A DNA stretch of 64,000 nt from Minisyncoccota bacterium (GTDB lineage Bacteria > Patescibacteriota > Minisyncoccia > Phycocordibacterales > UBA2100), in contig DATDWX010000033.1 of NCBI GenBank assembly GCA_036517335.1, forward strand, positions 9 to 64,008. Reading direction: 5' to 3'. Below, piece by piece: positions 1 to 9,654 of this stretch (position 1 is its first letter; each line of letters opens with the position of its first letter). Under the pieces are notes generated by a model. It saw only the letters and a list, made by a program, of their open reading frames with translations, searched no databases and was not told where the DNA came from. The translations under genes and the position numbers were made by a program.

Positions 1-234
1 AATTGAATCAACCGTATCGATTACTCGCTGAACCGGCGCGACGTCTGCCTTAATGGCATCCCTCTTTTCCAAAGATTCTCCCGCAATACGCGCGTGCTCT
101 TTTCCATTCGGTGTTAGATTTCCAGCTTCGTCTTTTTCGGCGTGTCTGGTAAAGATGGCGTGTATCTCAACATTACGCCCAAATCTTTCTTTGGATTCAA
201 CTGCATTTTCTAGTTTTGGTTCTCTTGATTCCAT
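1..234 (-). CDS. Histidine phosphatase (phosphoglycerate mutase-like) family protein, runs off the window edge
   Basis: Own translation: MESREPKLENAVESKERFGRNVEIHAIFTRHAEKDEAGNLTPNGKEHARIAG..., with an RH(A/G) motif followed by LTxxG. Alternative ATG at 246. Not in the ORF track because it has no stop in the window. Confidence 0.7.
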   Translation of the reverse strand, partial: MESREPKLENAVESKERFGRNVEIHAIFTRHAEKDEAGNLTPNGKEHARIAGESLEKRDAIKADVAPVQRVIDTVDSI

Positions 235-269
235 ATTTAATACCATCTTATCACCCTTGGGTTCGTTTT

Positions 270-683
270 CACAGAGCCACCGCATAAAAATCCGAAAAGG
301 AAAAACCCGCCCGCATTCATTCCCCAGACCCCTTTCTGCGGGCGGGAGAAGAGCCGAGGTTTTGCGAAATCCTTTTCCCCAGAAAATAGTTTTCGCAAAA
401 CCGAGCCCGCATTGAAGCCCCGCCACACTGCCCGAATACTTGGAGGGCAGAACCCCAAAAAGAAAAATGTCCTTTCCTTTTTCAGAGAAAATTAGTCGCG
501 CGCAAATCCGAAAAGCAAGGAACATTTTTCTTTTTGGGGTTGCCGAGCGGAGCGAGGCGGTGGCGGGGCTTTCTCGGAGCGTATGATTTAATTTAGAGCC
601 ACCACGCGCTCCGCGCGTGCGATTAGCCATCGTTACGAATTTTTGATAAAATAGGTTCGAGTGAAGTCATAAAGACACTCACA
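270..683. repeat. Highly structured non-coding element with nested long inverted repeats
   Basis: IR pairs 306-315/337-346, 358-369/391-402, 415-426/560-571 and 451-470/522-541 (20 bp). Confidence 0.75.
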
Positions 684-1406
684 TTATTTTTTCTTCACCG
701 GTGTCGAGGTCGCGGCTTTTTGGAGGGTTTTGAGTTGCGGGAGGATTTTTTGAATATCGTCCGTATTTTTGAGGCCGTAATACACTTTGCCATTGATCAC
801 GAGCGCTGGCAGCTTATCCTTCACGTCGTTGATCGAGATCAGCGTCTGCAGCGCTCCGATACCCAAATTGTAGTCAAAGGAGTAGACGCGGAGCTGCGGG
901 TACGTTTGTGAAAGCGAAGTCAGCACGTACCCCTGATTCTCGCAGTCCTTGCAATCGCCCTTGTTCGAATAGAAATAGAGAATAAAAACTGGCTTCAATT
1001 TGCACTTTTCCGCGAGCTGTTGCATGAGGAGATAATCCTTGATCTCGAGCAGGGAATACAGCCGCTTCAGCCGCGTGACCTCCGATAGATTGCTCTGGCC
1101 CGGCAAGCCACCACCCTGCGCTTCCATATACGAGAGCTGATTGCCGAGGGAGGCAAGCTCAGACGGAAGGATGGTATTTTCGCCGATGTCGGTGCATGAG
1201 TGCTGCGCGAGGAGATCAAACTGCGTCTCGAGTGAAAGGATGTCGGTGGAAATGGTGTCTTGCGCGGCGCGAATATCGCTGATGCGTGCGTTGTTGAAAT
1301 AGTTGGATGCGTACAGAGCAACGGCAAACATGAGCCCCGTGATGAGGAGCGCGACTATGTAGCTTCCCCAGCGGGCCGTGCGTGTGTTGATGACGGGTTG
1401 TTCCAT
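684..1406 (-). CDS. Membrane-anchored protein with coiled segment and thioredoxin-like CxxC domain
   Basis: N-terminal TM helix; LYFYSNKGDCKDC...LPALVING; starts 1 nt after the GT2 stop. Confidence 0.75.
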   Translation of the reverse strand: MEQPVINTRTARWGSYIVALLITGLMFAVALYASNYFNNARISDIRAAQDTISTDILSLETQFDLLAQHSCTDIGENTILPSELASLGNQLSYMEAQGGGLPGQSNLSEVTRLKRLYSLLEIKDYLLMQQLAEKCKLKPVFILYFYSNKGDCKDCENQGYVLTSLSQTYPQLRVYSFDYNLGIGALQTLISINDVKDKLPALVINGKVYYGLKNTDDIQKILPQLKTLQKAATSTPVKKK

Positions 1407-1407
1407 A

Positions 1408-2727
1408 CTATCGCCACCGTACGCCGGTTTGAAACACCGCCCGAAAGAGGGCAGTGCCCAGCCAGAGCGGAACGAGAAAACTGTAGAAAAGTAGGAAGAG
1501 CGGTGTCGCCTTGGGCGGCAAACGCTTATTCGTGCCGATCATCGTGCCTGCGCACAGGAGCACCACGATCATCGCAACCGCCATATACACGAGGAACCAC
1601 AACGCGCTTGTATTGAAGTAAAAAAGATCGAATGATAGCTCTGGATAGATGCCGGTCGCGTATGTTCTCTCGACGACCTCCGCAATCCATCGCGTCGAAA
1701 AAAAGGCAATGCGCGCGAAGAAATAGATGCCCGCGAAGACTGAGGTGATGGCAAAAGGTAAGATGACGAGCCCGAGATTGCCGAACTCACGATTGCCGAA
1801 CATGTGGCGATAGTCTACGGCATTGCGCAGCCACCCGTATGTCCAGCGTACACGCTGGCGGAAGAGACCGCGCAATTTCGCAGGTGTCGCAGTGTGTACG
1901 ATCGCAGTAGGTACGTTGGCGATCAAGAACCCCGCATTTTGTACCCGCAGTGCCATCTCCATGTCTTCGGTGGCGTGGCCACGCCGCCAGCCGCCAAGCT
2001 CGCGCACCACTGAGGCGCGAAAGAGTGAAAATGGCCCCGGTGTGATGAAGGCGCTTCCGAGCGCCGCAAGCATGAAGCGGTTGAAGATACTCAATCGGTA
2101 TTCGACATGTTGCATGTGTTGCAGGATTGTCTTCGGGTCTTTTACGTGAATGCCGGGGGTTGCAGCGGCGACTGTTGTGTTTTCAAACACCGGTGCCATT
2201 GCGCGCAGCGCCCCAGGCTCTACGACTGAATCGGCATCCAAGCACCCAACGATATCGGCGGATGTGCGCTCAAGCGCGAAGTTCATCGCCGAATGTTTGC
2301 CACCGTTGGCTTTGTGAAATACCCTGATATGAGGGCGGGCGGGCAAGGTTTTGCCGCCTGCGGGACTTCCCGCCTGCTGGCGGGTTCGGACAAAGTCCTC
2401 GTCGGCAAAACCTTGCCCGCCCGCTACCGCGTCCTCAAATGTCTGCGCGATTTTGAGGGTATTGTCGGTCGAGCCGTCGTCCACCACAATGATCTCAAAT
2501 TTCTCGCGTGGATAATCGAGCGCGAGCAGGGAAGCTACGGTGCCCGCTATCGTTTTTTCTTCGTTGAAACACGGCACAACGATCGCGACCGTGGGTAGTG
2601 TGCCGCTTCCTTTCGCTGGCGAGCGCGTGCCTTTCAACTGCCGTTCGATGAAGGCCGCAAGCAAAAAAACCTCGAAATAGAGGGAGGCGAAAAGAAATCC
2701 ATAGACGATCCATAGGTCGGCTGTCAT
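1408..2727 (-). CDS. Processive glycosyltransferase family 2 (PgaC/IcaA/cellulose synthase-like)
   Basis: VPCFNEE, DDGSTD, GKHSAMN, DADS, TED and QRVRW (QxxRW) motifs plus TM helices. Start chosen at MTADLW, 8 nt after TATACT. Confidence 0.9.
   Translation of the reverse strand: MTADLWIVYGFLFASLYFEVFLLAAFIERQLKGTRSPAKGSGTLPTVAIVVPCFNEEKTIAGTVASLLALDYPREKFEIIVVDDGSTDNTLKIAQTFEDAVAGGQGFADEDFVRTRQQAGSPAGGKTLPARPHIRVFHKANGGKHSAMNFALERTSADIVGCLDADSVVEPGALRAMAPVFENTTVAAATPGIHVKDPKTILQHMQHVEYRLSIFNRFMLAALGSAFITPGPFSLFRASVVRELGGWRRGHATEDMEMALRVQNAGFLIANVPTAIVHTATPAKLRGLFRQRVRWTYGWLRNAVDYRHMFGNREFGNLGLVILPFAITSVFAGIYFFARIAFFSTRWIAEVVERTYATGIYPELSFDLFYFNTSALWFLVYMAVAMIVVLLCAGTMIGTNKRLPPKATPLFLLFYSFLVPLWLGTALFRAVFQTGVRWR
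2335..2424. repeat. In-frame palindromic insertion in GT2 with perfect 22-bp terminal IR
   Basis: gcgggcgggcaaggttttgccg (2335-2356) / cggcaaaaccttgcccgcccgc (2403-2424); 90 bp in total. Confidence 0.85.
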
Positions 2728-2774
2728 GGCGAACGAGTATAGCAAAAAAGCGAGGATTTTGCTATATTTTTTGG

Positions 2775-3503
2775 ATGCGTGGCCACATCCACCCGATTTC
2801 CTCACTCATCCGCGAGGCCAATAAGATTTTCTTCGATACGGGGTTTACCTTTGTCGAAGGACCACTCGTAGAGAGCGAATGGTACAACTTCGATGCCCTC
2901 AATGTACCCAAGGATCATCCAGCACGTGATATGCAGGACACTTTTTTCATAAAGGACGAGAAGGAAATGGTACTGCGTACGCACACCTCACCAGTGCAGG
3001 TGCGTTACATGGAATCGCAAATGAAAAAAGGAATTCTTCCGCCATATCGCATCATCGTGCCAGGCAAAGTGTTTCGCAATGAAGCAACCGACATCACACA
3101 CGAAGCCGAATTTTTCCAATTAGAGGGATTGGTTGTTTCAGACGACACGACACTGGGGCACATGAAATGGACGATCAATCATTTTCTAAAAAAGGTATTC
3201 CGCGACATCGAGGTAGAGACCAGATACCGCCCCAGCTTTTTCCCGTTCGTCGAACCAGGACTTGAAGTGGATATGCAGCTCAGGGGAGCAAAGGCGCCTG
3301 AAAAATTACGTGATCGTTGGATAGAAATGATGGGCGCGGGCATGGTGCATCCCAATGTGCTGAAAAGCGCGGGCGTCGATTCCGAAAAGTACCGCGGTTT
3401 CGCATTTGGCATGGGCCTCGATCGCCTCGCAATTCTGCGCTGGGGCATAGACGACATCCGTCTCATGCACTCCGCGGATTTACGATTCATCAACCAATTC
3501 TGA
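2775..3503 (+). CDS. pheS: Phenylalanine--tRNA ligase alpha subunit (short form)
   Basis: GHIHP, NFDALN..HPARDMQDTF, LRTHTS, YRPSFFPFVEP, GFAFGMGLDR. Confidence 0.97.
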   Translation: MRGHIHPISSLIREANKIFFDTGFTFVEGPLVESEWYNFDALNVPKDHPARDMQDTFFIKDEKEMVLRTHTSPVQVRYMESQMKKGILPPYRIIVPGKVFRNEATDITHEAEFFQLEGLVVSDDTTLGHMKWTINHFLKKVFRDIEVETRYRPSFFPFVEPGLEVDMQLRGAKAPEKLRDRWIEMMGAGMVHPNVLKSAGVDSEKYRGFAFGMGLDRLAILRWGIDDIRLMHSADLRFINQF

Positions 3504-3505
3504 TT

Positions 3506-5386
3506 ATGAAAGTTTCTCGCAATTGGCTCCAACGTTTCTTCAATGAAGAACTTCCGAGTGCGGCAGCCCTCGCCGAAGCGCTCACTTTTCATGCGTTTGA
3601 GATCGAAAGTGTCGAGGCACTGTCAAAGGGGAGTCCTCGAGCTGTAAGAGGGGAGTCCTCTGACAACGGTAATGATTGGATACTTGATGTAAAGGTCACG
3701 CCCAATCGCGGGCATGATTGCCTCTCGCACCACGGAATTGCCAAGGAGTTTTCTGCCATCTTGCAATTACCGATGAAAAGCGATCCACTGCGGGAGGAAG
3801 TTTCTCTTAAGCCGCGATATAGCGATATATCGCTACATATTGAAAATGCGAATCTGTGCCCGAGGTTCGTAGCCGCATATATTGCAAGTATCAAAGTCGG
3901 CCCGTCACCCGAATGGCTTCGCAAACACCTTGAATCCATCGGACAGAAATCGGTCAACAACGTTGTCGACGCGACTAATTTCGTCATGTTCGATCTCGGC
4001 CAACCCCTCCATGCCTTTGATGCTGGCAAACTTCATAAGAAAGACAATGTGTATTCATTGATCATTAGACCTGCAAAAAGAGGAGAGACCGTTACCGGTT
4101 TGGATGACAAAACATATGCGCTAAACGAGACAATGCTTGCCATCGTTGACGGGGTCGCATCGATCGTCGCGAGTATTGCGGGCATAAAGGGCGGGAAGCC
4201 AACAGGAATAGACGAGACGACGACGGACATTATTCTCGAAGGGGCGAATTGGAATGGGGCGAATATCCGGAAAACGTCGCAAGCACTCAAGCTTCGCACC
4301 GATGCGTCATCGCGATTCGAGCAGGTGATCTCGCCGGAGCTCGCTCCATACGGCGTGCGAGCATGCGCGGATCTTATCTGTGAGATCGCAGGTGGGGAAG
4401 TCGTTGGTTTCGTCGACGAGTACCCTAATAAACAGCAGCAAACAAGCATATCGGTCGATGCAGGGCGCATCAATGCTATTCTCGGCTCGAAACTCTCCGA
4501 TGCTGAAGTTGGGGGTGCGCTCACGCGCCTCGATTTGCCTTTTACCAAATCAGGCGACGCGTTCGTGATCGAACCTCCCTTTGAGCGGCTCGATCTTACT
4601 GTCCCCGAAGATATTGCCGAGGAAGTGGGTCGCATCACAGGGTACGACAAAATTCCGCCTGTTGAGTTGCCGCCCATGTCAACCAAACCTGAAGTCAATC
4701 CGAATTTTTATGCTGCCGAGCGTGCGCGTGAGGAGTACGTCGCGAAGGGCTACTCGGAAGTCTACACATCAATATTTGCCGACGACGGCGAACGTGTCAT
4801 CGCCAACAAGGTGGACGGCGTCCGGCCGTATTTACGAACAAATCTCGATATTGGTCTTGGAATTGCACTAGAGAGAAATGTCCGCAACAAAGATCTTCTA
4901 GGGCTTAAACAAGTGAAATTGTTTGAAATAGGAACTGTATGGAAAGATAATAAAGAAACAATCGTTTTTAACAGTTATTGCGAAACACCCACCAATAAAG
5001 ATAGCGTTGTGTCGGGCGAGCGATCAGGAGATAAACCGTTGACAGATTACATTTCTGAAATTCTAAAACAGTATGATGAATTGCCGCTGTCAGAAACAAA
5101 GCGCTATGTCCCGTTTTCTAAGTATCCATTCATTGTGCGCGATATTGCATTGTGGGTTTCTGCAGGTACGAAAGAAGACGATGTGCTTGAAATAATCCGC
5201 ACTCATGCGGGCGAATTGCTCGTCCTCAGCGAATTGTTTGACACGTTCAAGAAGGGCGAGCGCACCTCACTCGCCTTCCGACTCGTCTTCCAGTCCTTCG
5301 ACCGCACGCTTACCGATTTCGATGCAAATGAGCGGATGGCGAGTATTTCAAGTGCACTAAAAGCAAAAGGATTTGAGATTCGATGA
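3506..5386 (+). CDS. pheT: Phenylalanine--tRNA ligase beta subunit
   Basis: MKVSRNWL, TPNRGHDCLS, NNVVDATN, GQPLHAFD, DIAEEVGRI, C-terminal FDX-ACB domain; directly follows pheS. Confidence 0.96.
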   Translation: MKVSRNWLQRFFNEELPSAAALAEALTFHAFEIESVEALSKGSPRAVRGESSDNGNDWILDVKVTPNRGHDCLSHHGIAKEFSAILQLPMKSDPLREEVSLKPRYSDISLHIENANLCPRFVAAYIASIKVGPSPEWLRKHLESIGQKSVNNVVDATNFVMFDLGQPLHAFDAGKLHKKDNVYSLIIRPAKRGETVTGLDDKTYALNETMLAIVDGVASIVASIAGIKGGKPTGIDETTTDIILEGANWNGANIRKTSQALKLRTDASSRFEQVISPELAPYGVRACADLICEIAGGEVVGFVDEYPNKQQQTSISVDAGRINAILGSKLSDAEVGGALTRLDLPFTKSGDAFVIEPPFERLDLTVPEDIAEEVGRITGYDKIPPVELPPMSTKPEVNPNFYAAERAREEYVAKGYSEVYTSIFADDGERVIANKVDGVRPYLRTNLDIGLGIALERNVRNKDLLGLKQVKLFEIGTVWKDNKETIVFNSYCETPTNKDSVVSGERSGDKPLTDYISEILKQYDELPLSETKRYVPFSKYPFIVRDIALWVSAGTKEDDVLEIIRTHAGELLVLSELFDTFKKGERTSLAFRLVFQSFDRTLTDFDANERMASISSALKAKGFEIR

Positions 5387-5485
5387 GGGGCCTAAACGCG
5401 CCTCTATTGAGCCACATATTGGGTATTGCAGGGCTGGCAATCTGCTCCGTTTGGAGTATACTGGAGGGGCGGGACTTTTTCATTT

Positions 5486-7525
5486 ATGGCAGACAAAAAA
5501 AAGAAGAAGGCGGGTTCATACAACGCCGCGGACATCACCGTCCTCGAGGGATTGGAGGCGGTACGGAGGAGGCCGGGGATGTACATCGGCACGACCGACA
5601 CGTCGGGCTTGCATCATCTTGTCTGGGAAGTATTCGACAATTCGCGCGACGAGGCGATGGGTGGTTTTGCAAACGACATCGAAGTGGCGCTCCTTCCCGA
5701 CGGCTCGGTGCGCGTCGCCGACAATGGTCGCGGCATTCCAGTAGACGTCCATTCGAAAACAAAAGTCTCCGCGCTCGAAACGGTAATGACAAAATTGCAC
5801 GCCGGTGGCAAATTCGGTGGTGAAGGCTACAAGGTATCCGGCGGCTTGCACGGCGTGGGTGTCTCGGTCGTCAATGCGCTTTCGGATGCGGTGCGTGCGG
5901 AAGTGCATCGTGATGGCGGCGCATACGTGCAGGAATATAAAAATGGTGGCACGCCCGTGAGTAAGATCAAAAGAATGGGCTCGTCGGATCTGCACGGCAC
6001 CATCATCCGCTTTCGCCCCGATTCTTCGGTCTTTCCGGAACGCACATTCAATTGGGAGACGATCGTGGCACATATGCGCCAGCAAGCGTACCTCGTGCGC
6101 GGTTTGAGGATCTCTATCCTCGATCTGCGGCAGGTGCCCAAAGTCGACGTAGAGGACGCGTTCTATGTTCGTGAGCTGGGCATCGAAGCTCCCTCGGTGA
6201 GCTTTTATTTCGAGGGTGGTCTCCGCAGTCTCGTGGCGTTCCAGAATCGTCATCAGGAGCCCATCCACAAAACTATTTTTTACGTGGAGAAGGAAGAAGA
6301 CAACGTGCAGGTGGAGATAGCACTGCAGTATGTAGACGACATCAACGCGCGTCTTTCCGCTTTTGCAAATAATATCTACACTGCCGAAGGCGGTATGCAT
6401 GTGACCGGTTTCAAGGGCGCTCTCACCCGTTCGCTGAACGCACAAATAAAGAACGGTGGTGGCAAGGAGAGCGAGAGTTTTACCGGCGACGACTGCCTGG
6501 AGGGGATGACGGCGGTCATTTCGGTAAAGCTGCGTGAGATCCAATTTGAGGGACAAACGAAAGCCAAGCTCGGCTCGGTAGAGGCGCGCGCCGCGACGGA
6601 GGCGGTGTTTGGGGAAGCATTCAGCGCTTTTCTCGAAGAGCATCCTGACGAAGCCCGGGCAATCATCGCGAAAGTAAGCTTGGCCATGAAGGCGCGCAAG
6701 GCAGCCAAGGCCGCTAAGGATTCGATCCTGCGCAAAGGCGCCCTAGACGGCATGACACTGCCGGGCAAACTTGCCGACTGCCAAACGAAATCAGCAGAGG
6801 AATCCGAGCTGTTTATCGTCGAGGGGGATTCCGCCGGTGGCACTGCCAAAGCAGGTCGCGATCGCCGTACACAGGCGATATTGCCGCTGCGCGGAAAGAT
6901 CCTCAACATCGAGCGGGCGCGACTCGACAAAATGCTCGCCTCCGAGCAGATACGAAATCTTGTGGTCGCTCTCGGGACAGCGATAGGGGATATTTTTGAC
7001 ATTTCCAAATTGCGGTATCACAAGATCATTATCGCCACCGATGCCGACGTGGACGGCGCGCACATCCGCACGCTGCTCCTTACGCTTTTATTCCGACACT
7101 TCCGTCCGGTCATTGACGGCGGCTTTCTCTACATTGCGCAGCCGCCGCTCTACAAGATCAGAAAGGGGAAGGAAGTCGCGTATGCATACAGCGAGGCCGA
7201 AAAGGTTGGCATTGCGGGGAAAGATACCCCGATTGAAGAAGAAACATCGGGGCAAGGGGAGCCAGAGATTCAAGAGGCGACGCCTCTTGAATCTGGGAAA
7301 CGAACTCCAAAAATTTCGGTACAACGCTACAAAGGTCTGGGTGAGATGAATGCCGAGGAATTGTGGGAGACAACGATGGATCCGGCCAAACGCGTGCTTA
7401 TGCAAGTCACCATCCTCGATGCCCAAGAGGCCGACCAGGTCTTCGATATGCTCATGGGCACCGACGTCCCAGCCCGCAAGTCATTCATCCAGTCTCACGC
7501 GCGCGAAGCGACGCTGGATATTTAG
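5486..7525 (+). CDS. gyrB: DNA gyrase subunit B
   Basis: LEAVRRRPGMYIG, LHAGGKF, EGDSAGG, PLRGKILN, TDADVDGAHI, QRYKGLGEM. Confidence 0.96.
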   Translation: MADKKKKKAGSYNAADITVLEGLEAVRRRPGMYIGTTDTSGLHHLVWEVFDNSRDEAMGGFANDIEVALLPDGSVRVADNGRGIPVDVHSKTKVSALETVMTKLHAGGKFGGEGYKVSGGLHGVGVSVVNALSDAVRAEVHRDGGAYVQEYKNGGTPVSKIKRMGSSDLHGTIIRFRPDSSVFPERTFNWETIVAHMRQQAYLVRGLRISILDLRQVPKVDVEDAFYVRELGIEAPSVSFYFEGGLRSLVAFQNRHQEPIHKTIFYVEKEEDNVQVEIALQYVDDINARLSAFANNIYTAEGGMHVTGFKGALTRSLNAQIKNGGGKESESFTGDDCLEGMTAVISVKLREIQFEGQTKAKLGSVEARAATEAVFGEAFSAFLEEHPDEARAIIAKVSLAMKARKAAKAAKDSILRKGALDGMTLPGKLADCQTKSAEESELFIVEGDSAGGTAKAGRDRRTQAILPLRGKILNIERARLDKMLASEQIRNLVVALGTAIGDIFDISKLRYHKIIIATDADVDGAHIRTLLLTLLFRHFRPVIDGGFLYIAQPPLYKIRKGKEVAYAYSEAEKVGIAGKDTPIEEETSGQGEPEIQEATPLESGKRTPKISVQRYKGLGEMNAEELWETTMDPAKRVLMQVTILDAQEADQVFDMLMGTDVPARKSFIQSHAREATLDI

Positions 7526-8556
7526 TACATCACGATAGCGGCTTGGTTGTTGGTCTTGATGGATTCGACTACCTGGCCGATCGGATCCACGATAACGGTG
7601 AAAGTGCCGCCACGGATCGCTTGCGAGAAGCGCAGGGTGTTGACGATATGTTCTCCAGGCGCGAGGGGAATTTGTTCTACGGACGTGTAGGTAGAGGGTG
7701 CCGGGATGGGGAGAAGCGCCTGGAAATACCAAGTGTTCGTCTTCGTGCCGCCGATATTCGCGATGTCAAACTCCACCCCGACGATGTCGTAAGGAGATGT
7801 GGGCGCGCGGTTGATGAGGGCGCCCGAAGAGGGGTCTATCACCCCGATCGCGATGATAACTACCCGCAGGTCTGCCGGCCCGCTCGCAGCATGCGCGACC
7901 AGGTTGGCGGCAGGACGTTTGGCCTTGTATGAATAGGTGGGTGCTGATTTTTTTACCACTGGCTTTGCGGGTGTTTGGGTAGCTGGCTTCTGCACGGGCA
8001 GCATGACCGCAGGCTGCGCCTGTGCCTTCGGCGCGATGACGATCGTTGCGCTGCCTTCCGCGCGCGTACCGGTCGCGCTTGGGGTGAAGAAGATTGAGAT
8101 GGGGACGGAAACAGAGTTCATGCCACTCAAAACGGGCACGAGCACCGCAGCGGTGGACGAGGCAACGTTGATCGAAGCGCCGCAGGGGACGCGGCTCACG
8201 GCCCCACCTCGTCCTTGTGTGGTGAATTCAAAACCCTTCTCGCACTTGTAGAGGAACGAGTAGGAGCCAGCCTGCGCAGCCGATCCAGCACTCGTCGGCG
8301 TGATTTTCCATGAAATGGTTATTGGCTCACTTGAAGTCGCGTTTTTCGGAGCGGTAATCTCCACTTTTGGCGCAGACCGCAGCCACGACCAAACGGAAAA
8401 ATTGGAAAGGGAAGCGATGTGCACCACGCCCCACATGATGATGAATGTCAGTATGATAAAGCCGGCAATCGCGAGTGCGTTGGACACGAAGCTCATGCTC
8501 GCGCTCTCCTGGGGGCTTGGGAGGAGCTTTTGTGGGGGTTTTGGTGCTTCAGCCAT
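7522..8556 (-). CDS. Membrane-anchored extracellular protein with C-terminal CARDB/Ig-like domain
   Basis: N-terminal TM helix, P/A/K-rich linker, ADLRV...NIG...VDPIGQVVESIKTNN. Confidence 0.75.
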   Translation of the reverse strand: MAEAPKPPQKLLPSPQESASMSFVSNALAIAGFIILTFIIMWGVVHIASLSNFSVWSWLRSAPKVEITAPKNATSSEPITISWKITPTSAGSAAQAGSYSFLYKCEKGFEFTTQGRGGAVSRVPCGASINVASSTAAVLVPVLSGMNSVSVPISIFFTPSATGTRAEGSATIVIAPKAQAQPAVMLPVQKPATQTPAKPVVKKSAPTYSYKAKRPAANLVAHAASGPADLRVVIIAIGVIDPSSGALINRAPTSPYDIVGVEFDIANIGGTKTNTWYFQALLPIPAPSTYTSVEQIPLAPGEHIVNTLRFSQAIRGGTFTVIVDPIGQVVESIKTNNQAAIVMY

Positions 8557-8658
8557 GGCGATATTTTTACAGAATAATGATCGGTGTGTCAAATGATCGT
8601 TGGGCGGGGCACTGGGTTGACAAGTACCCTTATATCATGGTAATATCCCACTGTCAAT

Positions 8659-9342
8659 ATGACTAGACCTTCCTTACAGACTCGTCCCAAAGCACCCGCT
8701 TCTGTCTTTCTCGCCGCCACGGTGCTGATATTCTTCTTGTCGCTTTCGGCCGCTGATTCAGTGGGTTTTGTGCCGAGCTACATCGATGGCTCTTCGCCCG
8801 CTGGCGAATCGTTTGCCGCCAACGAAATTTCACTCGCTGACCTTCCACAGCTGGGAGAAGCTGATACTGCGCCAGTCAACGCGCCTGCACGCGTGGCTCT
8901 TACGGCGCTCCCCGTGCGTATCAACATCTCCTCTGTCGGCATTGACTTGCCCGTGCAAAATCCCAAAACGACCGAGGTCGGCGCACTTGATGCGCTTCTC
9001 AAGAAAGGTCCCGCGCGCTACGCCGATTCGGCGCGACTTGGCGAGAATGGCAATGTAGTCCTCTTCGCACATTCTTCACACTTGCCGATCGTCCGCAATA
9101 AAATGTACCAAGCGTTCAACAACATCCCCGACGCACAAGCGGGAGACATTGTGATCCTCACGGGCTCTGACGGCAGAGAATACATCTACAGCGTGGACTC
9201 GGTGGTCAAAGCGAGCACCAATGACGGTACGACCATCCCACTCACGGCCGCGGGCGCCAAGCTCACCTTGGTAACCTGCGACACCCTTACCGGCAAATCT
9301 GCTCGCTATATTCTGACCGCAAGCTTCGTCGGGACCGACTAA
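8659..9342 (+). CDS. Sortase family protein
   Basis: N-terminal anchor; GENGNVVLFAHS (His), LTLVTC (Cys) and downstream Arg form the catalytic triad. Confidence 0.88.
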   Translation: MTRPSLQTRPKAPASVFLAATVLIFFLSLSAADSVGFVPSYIDGSSPAGESFAANEISLADLPQLGEADTAPVNAPARVALTALPVRINISSVGIDLPVQNPKTTEVGALDALLKKGPARYADSARLGENGNVVLFAHSSHLPIVRNKMYQAFNNIPDAQAGDIVILTGSDGREYIYSVDSVVKASTNDGTTIPLTAAGAKLTLVTCDTLTGKSARYILTASFVGTD

Positions 9343-9645
9343 TCACTCGGTACCCAGCTGTTTTTTCAGGTCGGCGATGTGCGCCTGGTCGTCGAGTTTT
9401 CTATCCTCGACGGCAAGATCGCGCAGAGCCTGTAGTCCTTCCTGTTGCATTCGTCCAATTTCTTTCGTGGCAGCTGCCCGACTGCGCAGCGCATCTTCGA
9501 AAAAGATAAGTGTGAGGCGTTCTTGTACGTCTTCGGGGAATTCGGCGAAGTGATCTGTCAAGTAAGCGCGTGCCGCCGCTTCGTCCCCGCTCTCAACAAA
9601 ACCAAGAAAGGTTTTGTATAGTGACATCGTAGCAATCGGTTCCAT
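9343..9645 (-). CDS. Hypothetical protein
   Basis: 100-aa helical ORF directly downstream of 9655..10746. Confidence 0.7.
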   Translation of the reverse strand: MEPIATMSLYKTFLGFVESGDEAAARAYLTDHFAEFPEDVQERLTLIFFEDALRSRAAATKEIGRMQQEGLQALRDLAVEDRKLDDQAHIADLKKQLGTE

Positions 9646-9654
9646 AGATGAAGT

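Noticed and set aside
640-680. GGTTCGA as a tRNA T-loop
   Set aside because: No acceptor, D or anticodon stems can be folded around it.
3317-3505. Longest-ORF N-terminal extensions (pheT 3317, GT2 2805, RAYT-2 51529, dnaE 21693, rpoD 39394)
   Set aside because: They overlap neighbours or non-coding elements. Family N-termini and -10 boxes point to the downstream ATGs.
5516-6643. Long antisense ORFs (also 38119..39288, 58419..59456, 30475..31317)
   Set aside because: They are shadows of GC-rich, codon-biased housekeeping genes and have no recognisable motifs.
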